Assembly (NCBI GenBank): GCA_002633005.1
Contig: NMRA01000097.1
Span: forward strand, 574,766 to 638,765
DNA: 64,000 nt
Direction: 5' to 3'
DNA from: Phoronis australis
Taxonomy: Eukaryota; Animalia; Phoronida
Under the pieces are notes generated by a model, which searched no databases, had not been told where the DNA came from, and was given only the letters and a program-made list of their open reading frames with translations. The first letter of the stretch is position 1. Each line of letters starts with the position of its first letter. The translations under genes were made by a program, and so were the position numbers. Shown here in pieces: positions 12,520-25,096 of the stretch.

Positions 12520-14531
12520 CATGTCCAGTGGCGCACAGGGGGCTAAAAATAGCCGAAACATAACTGTCCCTGTAACTAGGACGACGATGTTGTGGCATAC
12601 GCAAATCCGTTTTTACGCACATCGACGCAAAGCTGTGTATTCAGTATACAGCTTTGAACATGTACCAAGGCTACTACATAATGGTATGTAGCTAAGTACT
12701 GGCTGGCTCATACTCGGCTGAATCTCACTTCTTCATAAATTCGATGTGTAACGATAAACATGTGATGACCAACTCGATATGCATGAAAGTAAAGTAAATT
12801 CTAGGCTTCCAACCATGTTTAAGGAGGGAGGATTAACGACTTTTCATTGGCTGGCTATGTACTGTTTTGAATTATGCCAGGATCGATGAAGATTTGACAG
12901 GCTACGTAGAAATATACTTCATCCTGGATACTTAGCCGTTAAGGAAGTGCGTCCCTGTGAAGCCATATCAAAAACCTGTTTTAGCGATTATCGTTGAACG
13001 GACACTTTTTGAAGTTATTAACTTTGATCACAACCGGAATTATAAAAATACTCTTTGTTATTTTATTACAAATCTCGCATTCTTGTCGTTGTCTGTGAGA
13101 CCAAGACCGTTTTCTTTACCATTTACATGTCAACACGCTTTAAAACCCTGACACGTATAGCGAGGGATTTTACTTAGAAGGAACCTAGAAGTTTTGTTTT
13201 CCACTACATCTAATTTCCGTAAAATTATTTTCCTCGCTGAGAATGTCCCTTTAACATGGGCATGGTTTACAGCTTAGCCAAATAAAGCAAATGATCATTG
13301 TTTGAAATTACGTGTAAATTTGAGTTAATCAACCTAAAACAACGGGGATTTCCTTATCTACGTGTTGTAGGCTTCAAGCATCCATTTACATAAACATACA
13401 TGTATTCCGCGCACGAACGTCTTGATCAAAAAACGCAGAGAGAAAACATTACTTTCATACCACGTCATAACTTTTTAACGTGAATTAGCGAATGGTCTTG
13501 TGATTGGGAGTGCACGTGGCATACAAAAACATAGCATTGTCCTGATAAATGACTTCCAATCGACAACAGGAATATTTTCCAAAAAAAAATAAATGTATCG
13601 CTTCAAAGGGTGCAATTTTATTTCAGTTTATCTACTTTTGCCAAGAGTTTCAGGTCAAGGCTGCGGTAATAACCAAATAACTTACCAAGGCGCCTGTGTT
13701 AGTAAGTATACGGGTTTTCACACTCTGTTTTGAATAGTTTTGACCCCTCCTAGTTACTTAGCAGGCCTGCACGTGAATGACTGCACTTGATGTTTCGCTG
13801 CGGTTCTGCAAGGCATTGGCTTACACTCGCGGCAAAAGATTTTCGGTTGTGACACTGAAACAATGAATTCATCAATTGTATTTCATGATTCAACCCAGTC
13901 CAATTATATTGCTTCAGAGGCTGCGAATTTCCTAAGACAAAGGCAGGCTACTTGTATTAAGCTGTCTGAACGTGCTCGCGAAACACTGGTGAAATTTTGC
14001 GAGGTATTCCGTGACCTTGGTCTCTATGCAAGAATACATGTACATGTAGGCTCATAAAGAGCATTTTTTTGTTTAAGCATCTACAACGTCTGACTGGTCT
14101 GTGAGCTGTGAGTCACCATCGTCAACCAAACAGTTATGTATGCCGCTTAAACTTGCGAAATCGGCGAATTCAATCATGTGTACTAATTAAACACTATTGC
14201 TGCTTTCGCAAAAGGGGTTGATCCGTCGTTTTGGTTGTGAAAAGGCCCATTAATTGTAACAGGAAATAGTTTTGTTGAATTTCCACGCCATGTGGTGTGT
14301 ATAGCAGGACAATCTTGTCAAGAACCGTTTTTATGGGGTTGATGCGATGCTATATCATTTCAATAAGCTTTTCAGACTTTGTTCTGTGTGCTTGATCAAA
14401 GAATTAACATTTCATGCATGTACATGTACATCCAATGTGCTATTGCACTCATAGTAAACAGAGTATCACCTGGGAGCATACAGTGAATAGTCACTGAAAG
14501 TGACCCTTTGATTTTGAAACTACGCGTTTAA

Positions 14532-14833
14532 CACGCGCGCACCCCGGGTCTCGGGAGGGGGGCTCGAACGAGCCTCACAATTTGGCGAAGTGGGCAAAAA
14601 GGTCCTCCTCAAAGAAACGAAATATCCGGAAAAAGTAGAAAACGAGACAAAAGTCCACTAAAAAGGCAAAAACTACCAACATTTGGCGAATGCTCAGTTC
14701 ATAGCACTGAACGCGCCCAGTGAATCTTAGTAAACTGCCCACATTTTCAAAAATTCGAGCCCTCCTCCCCTCACCCCCCNNNNNNNNNCCCCCCCCCCCC
14801 ACCCCACCGCACTTTTAGGCTGTCGATGCGCGT
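14532..14833 (+). mobile_element. MITE-like repeat; second copy inverted at about 52828-53076
   Basis: tttggcgaagtgggcaaaaaggtcc here and ggacctttttgcccacttcgccaaa at about 53007-53031; similar cacgcgcgcaccc / gggtgctcgcatg ends. Confidence 0.65.
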
Positions 14834-15083
14834 ATCTTTAAGTGTTTATGTGAAATCAACGTATATAATCTTCTTGGTTCTTTTGGTTTGTGCTTGTTTC
14901 TCACCAACACGTTTCTGTATACAGCACATTTAAGCTGTAAAACATATCATTTTGACACCTGTGTCCAACTAGTGAGGCGTCCGGACAGACGCACGAATGT
15001 GTTTACACCATGTTGCACTACGTGTACTGTAGCTCCAGTTTGCAAGGTAATGTTCTCAAAGCATTTGTGTGTGTGCATTCCAG

Positions 15084-15221
15084 ACATAACAAACGTGCCA
15101 TGCGTTGATGGAGGCACGCTATGTAACCCTTTGGATCTCAAGTATGAATGTAACACCACCCAACAACAGTGCTTCTGCCCAGTGGGCTTCGAAGTAGACG
15201 TTTCTTCGAATCGATGTAAAA
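15084..15221 (+). CDS. Exon of the giant Ig gene: EGF/EB-like 6-Cys module
   Basis: ttccag acceptor and a|gtgggt donor; 138 nt, phase 1-1; ITNVPCVDGGTLCNPLDLKYECNTTQQQCFCPVGFEVDVSSNRCK with the EGF-type C-x-C-P-x-G-F motif. Confidence 0.85.
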
Positions 15222-15611
15222 GTGGGTAGCAAAAACGCCTAAAATATCACTTTACGTAAGGCTGTTTGCCAACGTGTGCACTCTTAAACAGAGAAGTGCT
15301 TTTTGCTTCCGATACTAGTACACTTTTAAATGTAATAGTTGCCGATTTGGCTTCAGGCTGGCATCTTCCCTTTGGTGGGGAATGAATTAAGCTCAAACAC
15401 GTGTTATTTGAAGAATATTGGCCTTGATATTCCTATTTATTATTTTATTATTTCTATGTACCAGAAATAAGTCTCAAGTATGTGCAATTTGCATTGACCT
15501 TAGTGGTCCCTCACAGTAGTTAGTTTCTCAGAGCCACAGAACAGACAGGTCTCGGAGCTCAACAAGTTTTCCGTATCTTCATGACCGGGTTAATTTCAAT
15601 CCTCTTTTCAG

Positions 15612-15929
15612 AGGGACCCACCGTCATCAGTCTTTACATCAACGGAAGGATTCATCATGGCCGACAGAAGCACTTGCGTGCCAACCAGACTGTTACCTTC
15701 AAATATGAAACCGATGAAGTATATCCCAATTCTAATTTCAACTGGAGCCATCCCTTTATGGAGACACCAGTGATTGGCGAGACAGCACTTGCTCATGGTC
15801 TGAAGAAAAAAAACCTAAAGTTGACAGTCACAATACGCAAAGAAGGCAAAGAGATCAATATGACCATATCCGCCATCAATGGGGTTGGTAATACTGCAGT
15901 AACCAGGCAGTTGACAATAATACCAACGT
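15612..15929 (+). CDS. Exon Ig1: atypical Ig-like domain without cysteines
   Basis: cttttcag acceptor, t|gtaagc donor; 318 nt, phase 1-1; GPTVISL...VTFKYETDEVYPNSNFNW...NMTISAINGVG; Ig strand pattern but Y and I at the two Cys positions. Confidence 0.82.
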
Positions 15930-18467
15930 GTAAGCATTGCCTGTTGTCAACCATATGTCTGATCGAATTAATGTTGTGTAGTAAATAACATCCTCGTCGT
16001 TTTAAGTATTGGTCAGTCATGCATGTATAAGCAAGCATTGGTGAACCACTTCACGCACGAAGTTTTCGATACGCGTTCAAACATATTTTAAGCAATGGCC
16101 CTGTGGCTGGTATCACCCTAGCTAAGATATAAGTTCCACTGACCAAAAAAACTGTGATGGAAAATTCCATTTCATCTATTTTTACATATGTAACCTACAC
16201 TTACAATTGAGACCAAATTACCAATTCTATGTTTAGTTACATGTATATGTAGACTTCCAAGATCCAAGACAACATACTTTTCACGCTGTTGCCATTGTGA
16301 AAGATAACATAATATTGATATGGTGATGCACCCACATACTATATGCTCGTCTGTGCGTTTGACATCCGCTGCGGTACCTCACAAACCCCTGCAGTGTTTT
16401 CATAAATGTTGGCACATGTGTTCTTCTGGTGCTTACAATGGACATCGACCTCAAAAGAGGCCCCCGAAAATCGAGCTTCGCGTATTTCGTCATTTTTCAC
16501 AATTGGCGATTCCTACAGCTACTGGATATGCTAGTTGGATCACTATTTAGATACGCTATTACCAACTTTGTAAATCATTCAACAAAACTAGAGGAGAAAT
16601 CACAGACTTAGCGAAGCACTATATCAACTGTCGCGGTCGAACGCCTCTCCCTAAGGTAGTAAACAATCCCTCATGCTATTGACGCTTTGTTTCAGAGTAA
16701 AAAGATTCCATGACCATAAAAATTGTAATGCTCCATACCACTTCCTCATAATTTAACATGTCCCATAGTGGACATTCATTAGTTGCGTTAATGATATCCA
16801 TTATCGGCCTATTAGTTGCTAAAGGGGAAATGAGGTTGTCAGTCCACTGTAAGGTATGTTCGACCAATTTCAGTCCCTAGCGACCATTTTTACTACTTAC
16901 GTGGCTATTTTTGCGCCTTTCTCTCTATCCACACACTGCTTGATGAATCATCATGACAGATCAACTGACAGATATGTTCCAAGACATAAAATGACGTCAT
17001 TTATTTGGGACTGTTCTATGAAAGCGGCCATTAGAGGCAGCTTTAGATTTCTAAGTCAATGCTTAATAATTTCTGTGAGAACTCTTTATGAATTTTGCCT
17101 TCCTCTTAAAGCCTATCACAGTACCTGGGGAGCATCGCTCTGAGCCCACTAGTTCCATAAATTGTCAAATGTAATGGGGCATTGACTTGCTTTTGTGTAC
17201 GTCACCTCCAGAATCACATTTCAATTCAAACAGCTGCGAATAACACCCGCGGTGTTCTATTCAGTTCCCTATTCAATACAACTGTTATCGACCTTTTGTT
17301 GTTTGTGCAGAATCTCGCGGTGACGCAATGTGGCGCGACAAGGCAGCTTCGCCTATCATTTGACGGCCCAGCATTTGCGTGATTAAACTCGTGTTTTCTT
17401 ATTTTGCAAAGGCTTTGCTAGGAGTACCTGGTTAGCCCAATACATCTAATATAGCAAAAGTCCGTTCAAGTAAGGCTTTAAGAAAAGCACGACTGGTTTT
17501 GATATCTGTGTTGTGTGGCACAGTGACAAATTTTAAATACGTCTGCAATAATACCAACCATGATATTTGGTCGACCCTGGTGAAATTTGTCTCGTGTGCT
17601 TCTAAGAAGGAGAGCCCGCTCAAGTTGGTTTGATACTTCGATGGACCGGACTTATAACCGGGGAAGTATTCGGAAATTATCTGCACCCGTCTTTACCGTT
17701 TGAAATACACCTGTGATGGGTGCATATAAACCTTCTTTGCTGCCCTTGTTGTACATGTATACACGTAACTGCACATGTAAGGGCTGACGTGCATAAAACT
17801 TCAAAAGTTATCCGCAGGATAAGTTTGATTGTTGCATGACGTCAGGTGCATTGTTCAACAATAACAACGTGACCCGTGATTAATCGACGTACAGTAATTG
17901 TTGCTATACGGCGTATAACTTCTATGCAACTGGCCCCAGATGTCCTTCGAGTTCTTTAAAACGTTGTACAGAGATAGGAAACCCGGCACTATGTTCAGGT
18001 ACTTTGCGACAATGGGGGTTTTCATAAGAATGTTTCGTTTCTGATTTTGTAACGACCATTTGTTTAAACAGAATAATCGCCTGATATGAGTCTCTGACAG
18101 TGTCGGATAACGATTAATCAGGCACCCACGTTATACGAAATCCGGGGACCATGGTTGCCGAAATGTTTGATTTACTGTACGCTATCCAGTAACCATAATT
18201 TTGATCCTCCAACGTTTTGAATTTACCATACGGAATCCTTCACTTGCAACTTTGGCGATATAAACCTTGGTCCGTTTCCATTGTACATTCCAGGCTTTAA
18301 AAGGACTAAGTCCTGTGTGTGAACACAAATGTGCAGTGAAGTTCGTTAACTTGGTGCTTAATGCAGCATTCTCTACCACCGGGTGATCCTTATTATGCAC
18401 CATCAGTGGTTTAATTTTTTCTGCTTTTATGTTATTAAGTATTTGTCTTGTGCCTTTGTAAACATAG

Positions 18468-18821
18468 ACGGACCGACAACTCTGACGATCACTGATGAGC
18501 GAAATATATCTTTGGAGGCAACAAAAACGTACTACGTACTGGAAAACCGTCGGTGGACTTTCTATTGTCAAAGCGACGCCTACTATAATAACGCCAGCTG
18601 CAAGATAGGGTTTGGCCTTGCCGGATCGCAATTAAATCAAACAATTGGAAACGCTAGTACATTTGAAGAGCAACGCTTACACGAGGATGGTCTACAATGT
18701 GTTACAAGGCTGGAATTTGACGTTGACAAAGACGTGAATGGAAAGAATGTAACCTGTGAAGTCTTCAACAGAAATCTAGAAAACAGCACGCTATGGAAGT
18801 CGTTTATGTTGCGAACATACG
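18468..18821 (+). CDS. Exon Ig2 (type A Ig-like domain)
   Basis: catag acceptor, g|gtaagc donor; 354 nt; (Y)GPTTLTI...FYCQSD...DVNGKNVTCEVFN. Confidence 0.9.
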
Positions 18822-20372
18822 GTAAGCACGGGAGTGTAGCAGGTCGTCCGTTCCAATGTCATAAGAAACTCGCGAAAATGCAGCATCACAGAAGACGTCG
18901 GCGAGACATCGCCGTCTTTTTCAACCGAAGCAAGTACAGTTGCAGTGCACTCAGACAGTAATCAGGCTAAATTGCGTTTTCTCATGTTACTGAGTAATGC
19001 CCGCCATCAACCGTAACGATGGCCGTCATAGCTATTATAATGCTGTATTCCTCTAGCCCTCACTCGTACTGACAATATGTTTCACTTGCAATCAATTGCC
19101 GTGTTTCGGAATTGCGAGCATTTTTTCTGATTATGTCTGGCTTGTACTGCGGCTGCTTGTACAAGATTCTTGTGTCTATAGAACTCGGCCCGGGTGCCCG
19201 CCTCGTAGACTTGTGATGGCACATGGTCACTATTCGAGATATCGCCATTATTCACAAGCAAGACACATGATCGCGCTAGATCTACATGTACTCGCGAGGT
19301 ACCAGTTTATTCCGTTCCATCCGCTATCTTTTGGTCACATCACGTCCCTGTCGGGAGCAGAAATCTTTTCGGATTTTTTTCATCAGGTCACGTATGTGAC
19401 CAAAAAAGATGGTGGACTGAACTGGATAAACCGCTTGGAACTAAACCTAATTAGGCGTTTCGTAGAAGCGATAAACTCGCGTAAAGACCACGAAAGATCT
19501 CATCATACATAAACGTTACAATTTATCTTCAAGGCATAAGACTACACGCATAATCAGTAAACGTCATGTGTGGAAAACGTTACGTGGCCATAGAACAACG
19601 TCTTTTATCTTTATAACTCCTTTCTTTTTTGTCATCTCTTTTATTAACATTCGTGCAGGCGTCACGTCATTCCGCTGGACACATGTTTCCGGTTACCTGA
19701 TTGACCTGCTTTCACCTGTATGCTATTTCGGCGACCATAATAGGCCAGCTCATTTACCAATTGGTAACTTTGACCCAGTTATCTTGTCACTTTTTTGTTT
19801 CTCTTTATGTTTCGTGTATTGCACCATTCTTCACTATCACAAGGAATTACTTATTTTCACCTACTTTGAGGCTGCTTTTGTGTCTGGAAATAGAGATTGG
19901 GACACACGTACTGTATTTACAAGTCCGGACAAATGGTGAACGTAAATGAATATCTTTTAACGCTTCGTTCTTCTTTAGGGATAATGCGTCATGCAGCTGT
20001 CACTGGTCTGTGGTGCTGTTATCGAATCACCGGATATGGACCATTTTGGCGCGCGAGTTGACTTTTAGAAAAGCGGGTATCTGTACCTCGTCTAGGGTCA
20101 GTGTTTGATGGTCTGCCCCATAGCCTCGTCTGAAAGTGGCTCCCCGAGAACCCCCGGCCGTGTTATTGATGCCGGTGTTCTGCAATTGATGTACATTCCT
20201 TTTTGTTAAATTTTTATGAGAAGGCATGATCACGTGACCCAACTAATGATAGATTGGTTAAAAGCCATAAGTCGAATTTAGTAGGTTTTTCTTCTCTTAG
20301 AAAACATGACTTCTTCCACTGAATGATAAGAAAGTGGGACGGTATCACGTAACTTACGAATTTAAAAACACT

Positions 20373-20779
20373 GGGGCCCAACTGAAGTTCTAATCTTTTT
20401 ATTCGAAATGAAACTCGAAATCATGTTCGGCATTTTTTACTCTACTTTTGTGCGAACTCAAGATAAGTGTCTATTATTCTACGCTCGAGTACATAGTGAC
20501 TTATGTGGATACTTTTTAGTTCTAGTTTGCAGTTGACAAACCCAACATTAAGGCTAAAAGTTCGATTTTGAACTTAAATTTTCAAGTTTTTATTCGAGTT
20601 TGTAGCACGAATATCAGGGTCTTCAAGTGCAAACTTGGATTAGAAACTCATATGCGTAAACTATGATGTATTCTAGCACAGTCTAATAACCACTTGTCTC
20701 GAGTTTGCATAAAGTAGCAGAGAAATAGCCAAAAATAATCTCGAGTTCGTTTTGAGTACAAAGATTAGATTCTGAGCCC
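20373..20779. mobile_element. MITE with degenerate inverted arms
   Basis: tctaatctt...aactcgaaatc...tgcgaactcaagataagtg mirrored by cacttgtctcgagtttgca...ctcgagtt...aagattaga. Confidence 0.6.
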
Positions 20780-21446
20780 AAGAAGACTGCCAATATATGT
20801 ATCTGCTGTTTTAGTCATTGCTTCTCAGGAATACGTCTAGGACATAGGTTAGGTTAGGTTTACTGAAACGATGATCAAATATTCAAATTTCAGCGTTTGT
20901 CGTTTGTGTGTGCTTCTGCACACTTCACACAATTTGTTTATGAAGAATTAATTCCTGTTTAATACACAAAAGAAACCGGGATTACTTTAAGTTGGGTCTG
21001 TCGCAAAGCTTGGCCCTCAAAACATCAGACTTCATTTATTCCATTAAATGACATAGTCGGTGAGATTTTACAAAGTAACTAAGATTCGACTATGGCAGGA
21101 CTGTAATTTGTACTAAAACATACGCAAGTCATTTTTTTCGACTTTTTAACGTCGACTTCCATTTTCCTTATCTATTATCATTAACAGACATGTATGTAAT
21201 TTATGTCCAGGGCTCCACGGGTTCCATTCTCCGACTTAACGTTGGGGTTTACGAATCGTAGCCGGGATCGGTGTGCTCAGCCATGAAATCTTTTCCAACC
21301 CCTGTAGTCGTCAGTGAGGTTTACTGTGTCTACAACTGATGGTCGTTTTGCAGATAGCAGTGAGTGTACATGTAGATGCCAGAGGAACAACAATACACGA
21401 TGTATGCATTAAAAACGTGGCTTTATCCAATCATGATTTCGCTCAG

Positions 21447-21785
21447 ATCTTCCCAACATGACCCTGACGGTGGTCAAGTCGAACATCACGTTTGTGTCGA
21501 GTCGAACTTCATTGAAAAAATCACTCGTCAATTTCCGGTCGTACGTGGCTCTATGTGAGGTCATAACCTCTGTACCGGAAGTCAACATAACCATGACGTC
21601 GACGGGCTCTGAACAACAAGGTAGTCAATCACAGCAACCCGACATCAACGACGCCAGCATGACAAGGCACTTCCTCAACCTTACTTTTAAAGCGACGGGT
21701 GTCCATTCGTTCGGTTGCATTGTGTCTCATGAAAATATAGAAGATTTTTATAAGGAAGCACATATAAACGCTACAGCCAAATATT
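21447..21785 (+). CDS. Exon Ig3 (type B Ig-like domain)
   Basis: ctcag acceptor, t|gtaagt donor; 339 nt; YVALCEVITSVPEV...LTFKA...FGCIVSHENI. Confidence 0.9.
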
Positions 21786-22023
21786 GTAAGTATCTCTTTC
21801 ACTTGAGAACTCCCATTCCGTGACTAACCGGCGATGTTCTGTTGAGAAAATTTAAGTCAGAAGTAATCAGACAAAAAACTGCTTCCACGCCATGACGGTA
21901 ACAACACGTCATTAGTCGTGACCAATCCTGAACAACTATTCTAATTCACCCTGAAGTCGGCCATGATGGGTCAAAGGTAAAAGAGTGGATTAATTTATTA
22001 TACAATTGCGGACATTTTTGCAG

Positions 22024-22095
22024 TTGGGCCATCTAAATTAACGATAACCACGGACACTGATGACGTTGTCAACGACGGCGGTCACCTCAACGTAA
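22024..22095 (+). CDS. Exon Ig4 (type A), 5' part only, cut by the assembly join at 22096
   Basis: atttttgcag acceptor then (F)GPSKLTITTDTDDVVNDGGHLNV, the same start as other type A exons; sequence breaks at a single N; absent from the ORF track. Confidence 0.78.
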
Positions 22096-22096
22096 N

Positions 22097-23337
22097 CTTA
22101 ATTTGATTAATTTCTCGTCCTCTATTCCGGAAGTGACGTTTTGGGATGCAAGTGTTTCTCGCCAATTTCTTTTCGTTATAGTCTGACTGTGAGGGCTGTC
22201 GAGTCACTCATTGTTCTACCTCGGTTGTGATAAGTTCGGTCGTCGTTTGCTTTTGTTTACAAGTCAGTCAACATGCCACGCTTTTGCTGCGTGCCGGGAT
22301 GTACTCATTATCGTCTCACAGGCGCTTTGGGTACCTTGCGTCGCTTTCCGAAGGATGACACACTTCGCCGTACTTGGCTTGCTCGTTCATGTGAAGGACG
22401 CAGCGCTACCTGTCCACGCAATGTTCAAAGCAGTGGAGGGTTACCGAGTGTGTGGCAAGCATTTTCTGCCTTCAGATTACGACCGAGATATGTACGCTGA
22501 ATTGATGAGGTTCCCTGCGAAACAACGCCTGAAGAAGGGTACCATACCGTCGCTGTTGATTCAAGGCAGTGCCCCGTCGCCAACCCCGAGAAGTGCGTTT
22601 TTGAAGGGAGAAGCCTGGCGAGCTGTGGCCACTATATACAGTGACTGGAGGCACTTATCTACTGTCACCCGTGCCTCCGAACGTACCCCATTGCGTGCAA
22701 TTCCGGAAACTAGCAGTGATTCGCCCTGTGCTGTTGTCTCTAGCCCAGAGCCTGTTAGCAGCCCTGCAGCGATGTTGAGTAGTGGGAGTGAATACAGGCC
22801 CAGTTCGACACCCAGTGAAGAGGACAGTTTGTCATCCAATGAACAGAACGATGAGCCTAAGTTTGATAAGTTTATTGTGGACTTTTATTGGAACTATTTA
22901 GAAGATGCCTGGTGTGTGACGAGGGAGTCACACGGCGGGATCTAAGCAGTTTGGGTGCTCCGATCACCCTCCAGTGGTAGTGTGTCTCGGGACACTCGGG
23001 CAAGTGGGACAGTTCTTCCTCTGTACGTGAGACGATGATGAGTTCACCCCAGTACGCATCATCAGCGTGGCATGTTGACTGACTCGTAAGCAAAAGCAAA
23101 CGACGACCGAACTTAACACAACCGATGTAGAACAATGACTGACTCGACTGCTCTCACAGTCAGACTATATGAAAAGAAGTTGGCGCGAAATTCTTGCCTC
23201 AAAAACGTCACCTCCGGAGTAGACGACGAGTAATTAATTAAACTACGAAAAACAGTAAATAAGTGAAAAATTTGTCTGGGATAATCAACGAAACCTATTT
23301 TTGCTAAAAATGACATGAAAAAAGGTTGCCTTCGCCT
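22097..23337 (+). mobile_element. Internally deleted Kolobok-like DNA transposon carrying a frameshifted THAP transposase N-terminus
   Basis: About 220-bp inverted repeats (22100-22320 vs 23025-23245); MPRFCCVPGC...FPKDDTLRRTW / RVCGKHF...LKKGTIPSL; downstream LLELFRRCLVC...CVSGHSGKWDSS motif; right end gcct then TTAA at 23338-23341. Confidence 0.8.
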
Positions 23338-23373
23338 TTAAGAAGACGGTTAAGCACGATTCGGTTTTTACAG

Positions 23374-23709
23374 TTTCAAAACCTTCGGTCAACATGACTA
23401 TTAGAGAGAATTCGACAAGCGAAACTTACTTAGAGTCACCTAACTCGCAGTCACGCTTACTTGTCATCGACAAGACGTATGTGTTACGGTGCCAAATACG
23501 TAGCGAACTACCAAATGTGAGTTTTGACATAACGCCGACATTGAGGCAGCCAGGACCTGTCCATAGAGAGAATTCGTTGTACTACCAGGAGTTGACCTTT
23601 GAACCTGACGAGACGCACAACAGGGAACTTGGGTTCAACTGTAGCGTCGGGCACGAGATAGTTGAGGAAATGAACACTTCTTTGGGACTGCCCCCACTCA
23701 TCGTGGCGT
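23374..23709 (+). CDS. Exon Ig5 (type B)
   Basis: tttttacag acceptor, t|gtaagt donor; 336 nt; YVLRCQIRSELPNV...LTFEP...FNCSVGHEIVEE. Confidence 0.9.
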
Positions 23710-24089
23710 GTAAGTAGATTGGGAACTGTCACTCATATCAGCCATGTATCACTAACGTAGACAACACACAGATTTCACTGTAAAGATAAAAAATGTTCTC
23801 GAGTTATTTGTTGCAGGCAGTCGTGACTTGGAAAGATCTTGGCTACGGCTCATGGATATGGGAGAGTGATTTGCTTTATTTGTGATAGTGTGGCCTATCT
23901 TTCCGTGATAATGGGTGATATTTATAATCATGGAATAAGAAAAAAATCTCGTCTTCCTGTTGTCAGGTTATAATTTCGACGAGATAAATTTGGTAAAAGG
24001 CTTAGGTTCCCGTTCAATAAAAACGAGACTTCTGTACGCCATCCATTACGGATTATTTTTGACACAGCCAACCTACCCAAAATCCCAAA

Positions 24090-24389
24090 AAGTCAGGCAC
24101 TTCGGGTTATTCTGATACGACCGCCAAGAAATGAGTATTAGGTGCTCAGGGTATCAACAGTATGTAGACTAGGGTCGTCCCGGATTACACGGCGATAGAA
24201 CTGTCCTTTGACCTGGAGATTAAATGTGAGTGATGTAGTTTTGGAAATCAGACACATTTCCGTGTATTTCATTGATCTCGGGACAGCAAAGAATTTCAGA
24301 TAACTCGTCCCTGGGGATTTGTCCAGTTTATCAAAGTTTTTCACTTCCGAGTTGCAGCCCACAGCACAGCAGCAATACTTTGTTGGCAT
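24090..24389 (-). pseudogene. Degenerate THAP-domain relic
   Basis: MPTKYCCCAVGCNS...LKFFAVP, later THF and EVPDF in shifted frames. Confidence 0.5.
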
Positions 24390-24697
24390 TGGAAGGACGA
24401 AAAGAATAATGCAACCGACAAAAAGTTGTTAAGAATCAGACAACAACAAATAACTAGTGAAACTCCAGAATCATGAAAATGAGGCAGCAAGTGTGCCTGA
24501 CGTGTGTTTATGGCATTGTAGATCAATACATTGAGATTTGAGTATCGCTGTTTGATCCGGGACGGTCCTCTTTATAATACATGTACAATTTGTATCTCGT
24601 TCCGCTTTGCGTACAATGGTTGGCATGTTGAAGGCCTACAGTGTGCGACTATTTCCGTCAAGGTGATAATGCTTAAGGTTCTTGTAATGCTTTCCAG

Positions 24698-25096
24698 TTG
24701 GGCCTAAAAACCTCACACTCACACCGAGTATTGGCAGTATATCATGGAATGTACCAGTTCCAATACTGAAGCTGTCGTTCAATGACGCAGTTACTGTAAC
24801 CTGCAAGACAGACAGCGTCGAAACTACGGCGGAGATTGAGTTTGGATTCGTTAATAAATCTGCACTGGCAAGCGGCCATAAGTACACACAAACAACAGAA
24901 CTGAGACAGCGATTTGGAAACAGCTGGGTTACCGCGATAAAAAATTCATCGGGCACTTGCTACGGGAAAGTATACTTTCAAAAGTTGCAATTTAACGCAG
25001 ACCTGACCGTACATGATCAAAATATCACGTGCGAAGCTTGGAATAACGAGACTAAAAATCTACGTGACGTAAAATCCTTTGAAACAAAGATCTACG
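24698..25096 (+). CDS. Exon Ig6 (type A)
   Basis: tttccag acceptor, g|gtaagt donor; 399 nt open; not in the ORF track, translated by hand: (F)GPKNLTLTPSIG...VTVTCKTDSVE...LQFNADLTVHDQNITCEAWNNETKNLRDVKSFETKIY. Confidence 0.9.

Noticed and set aside
14925-15046. Candidate leader exon ending caag|gtaatg (MLHYVYCSSSLQ)
   Set aside because: It would leave only a 37-nt intron and the peptide lacks a hydrophobic signal core.
19096-20242. Several 70-140 aa ORFs in the Ig2-Ig3 intron
   Set aside because: No domain signature or consistent splice signals; compatible with chance ORFs.
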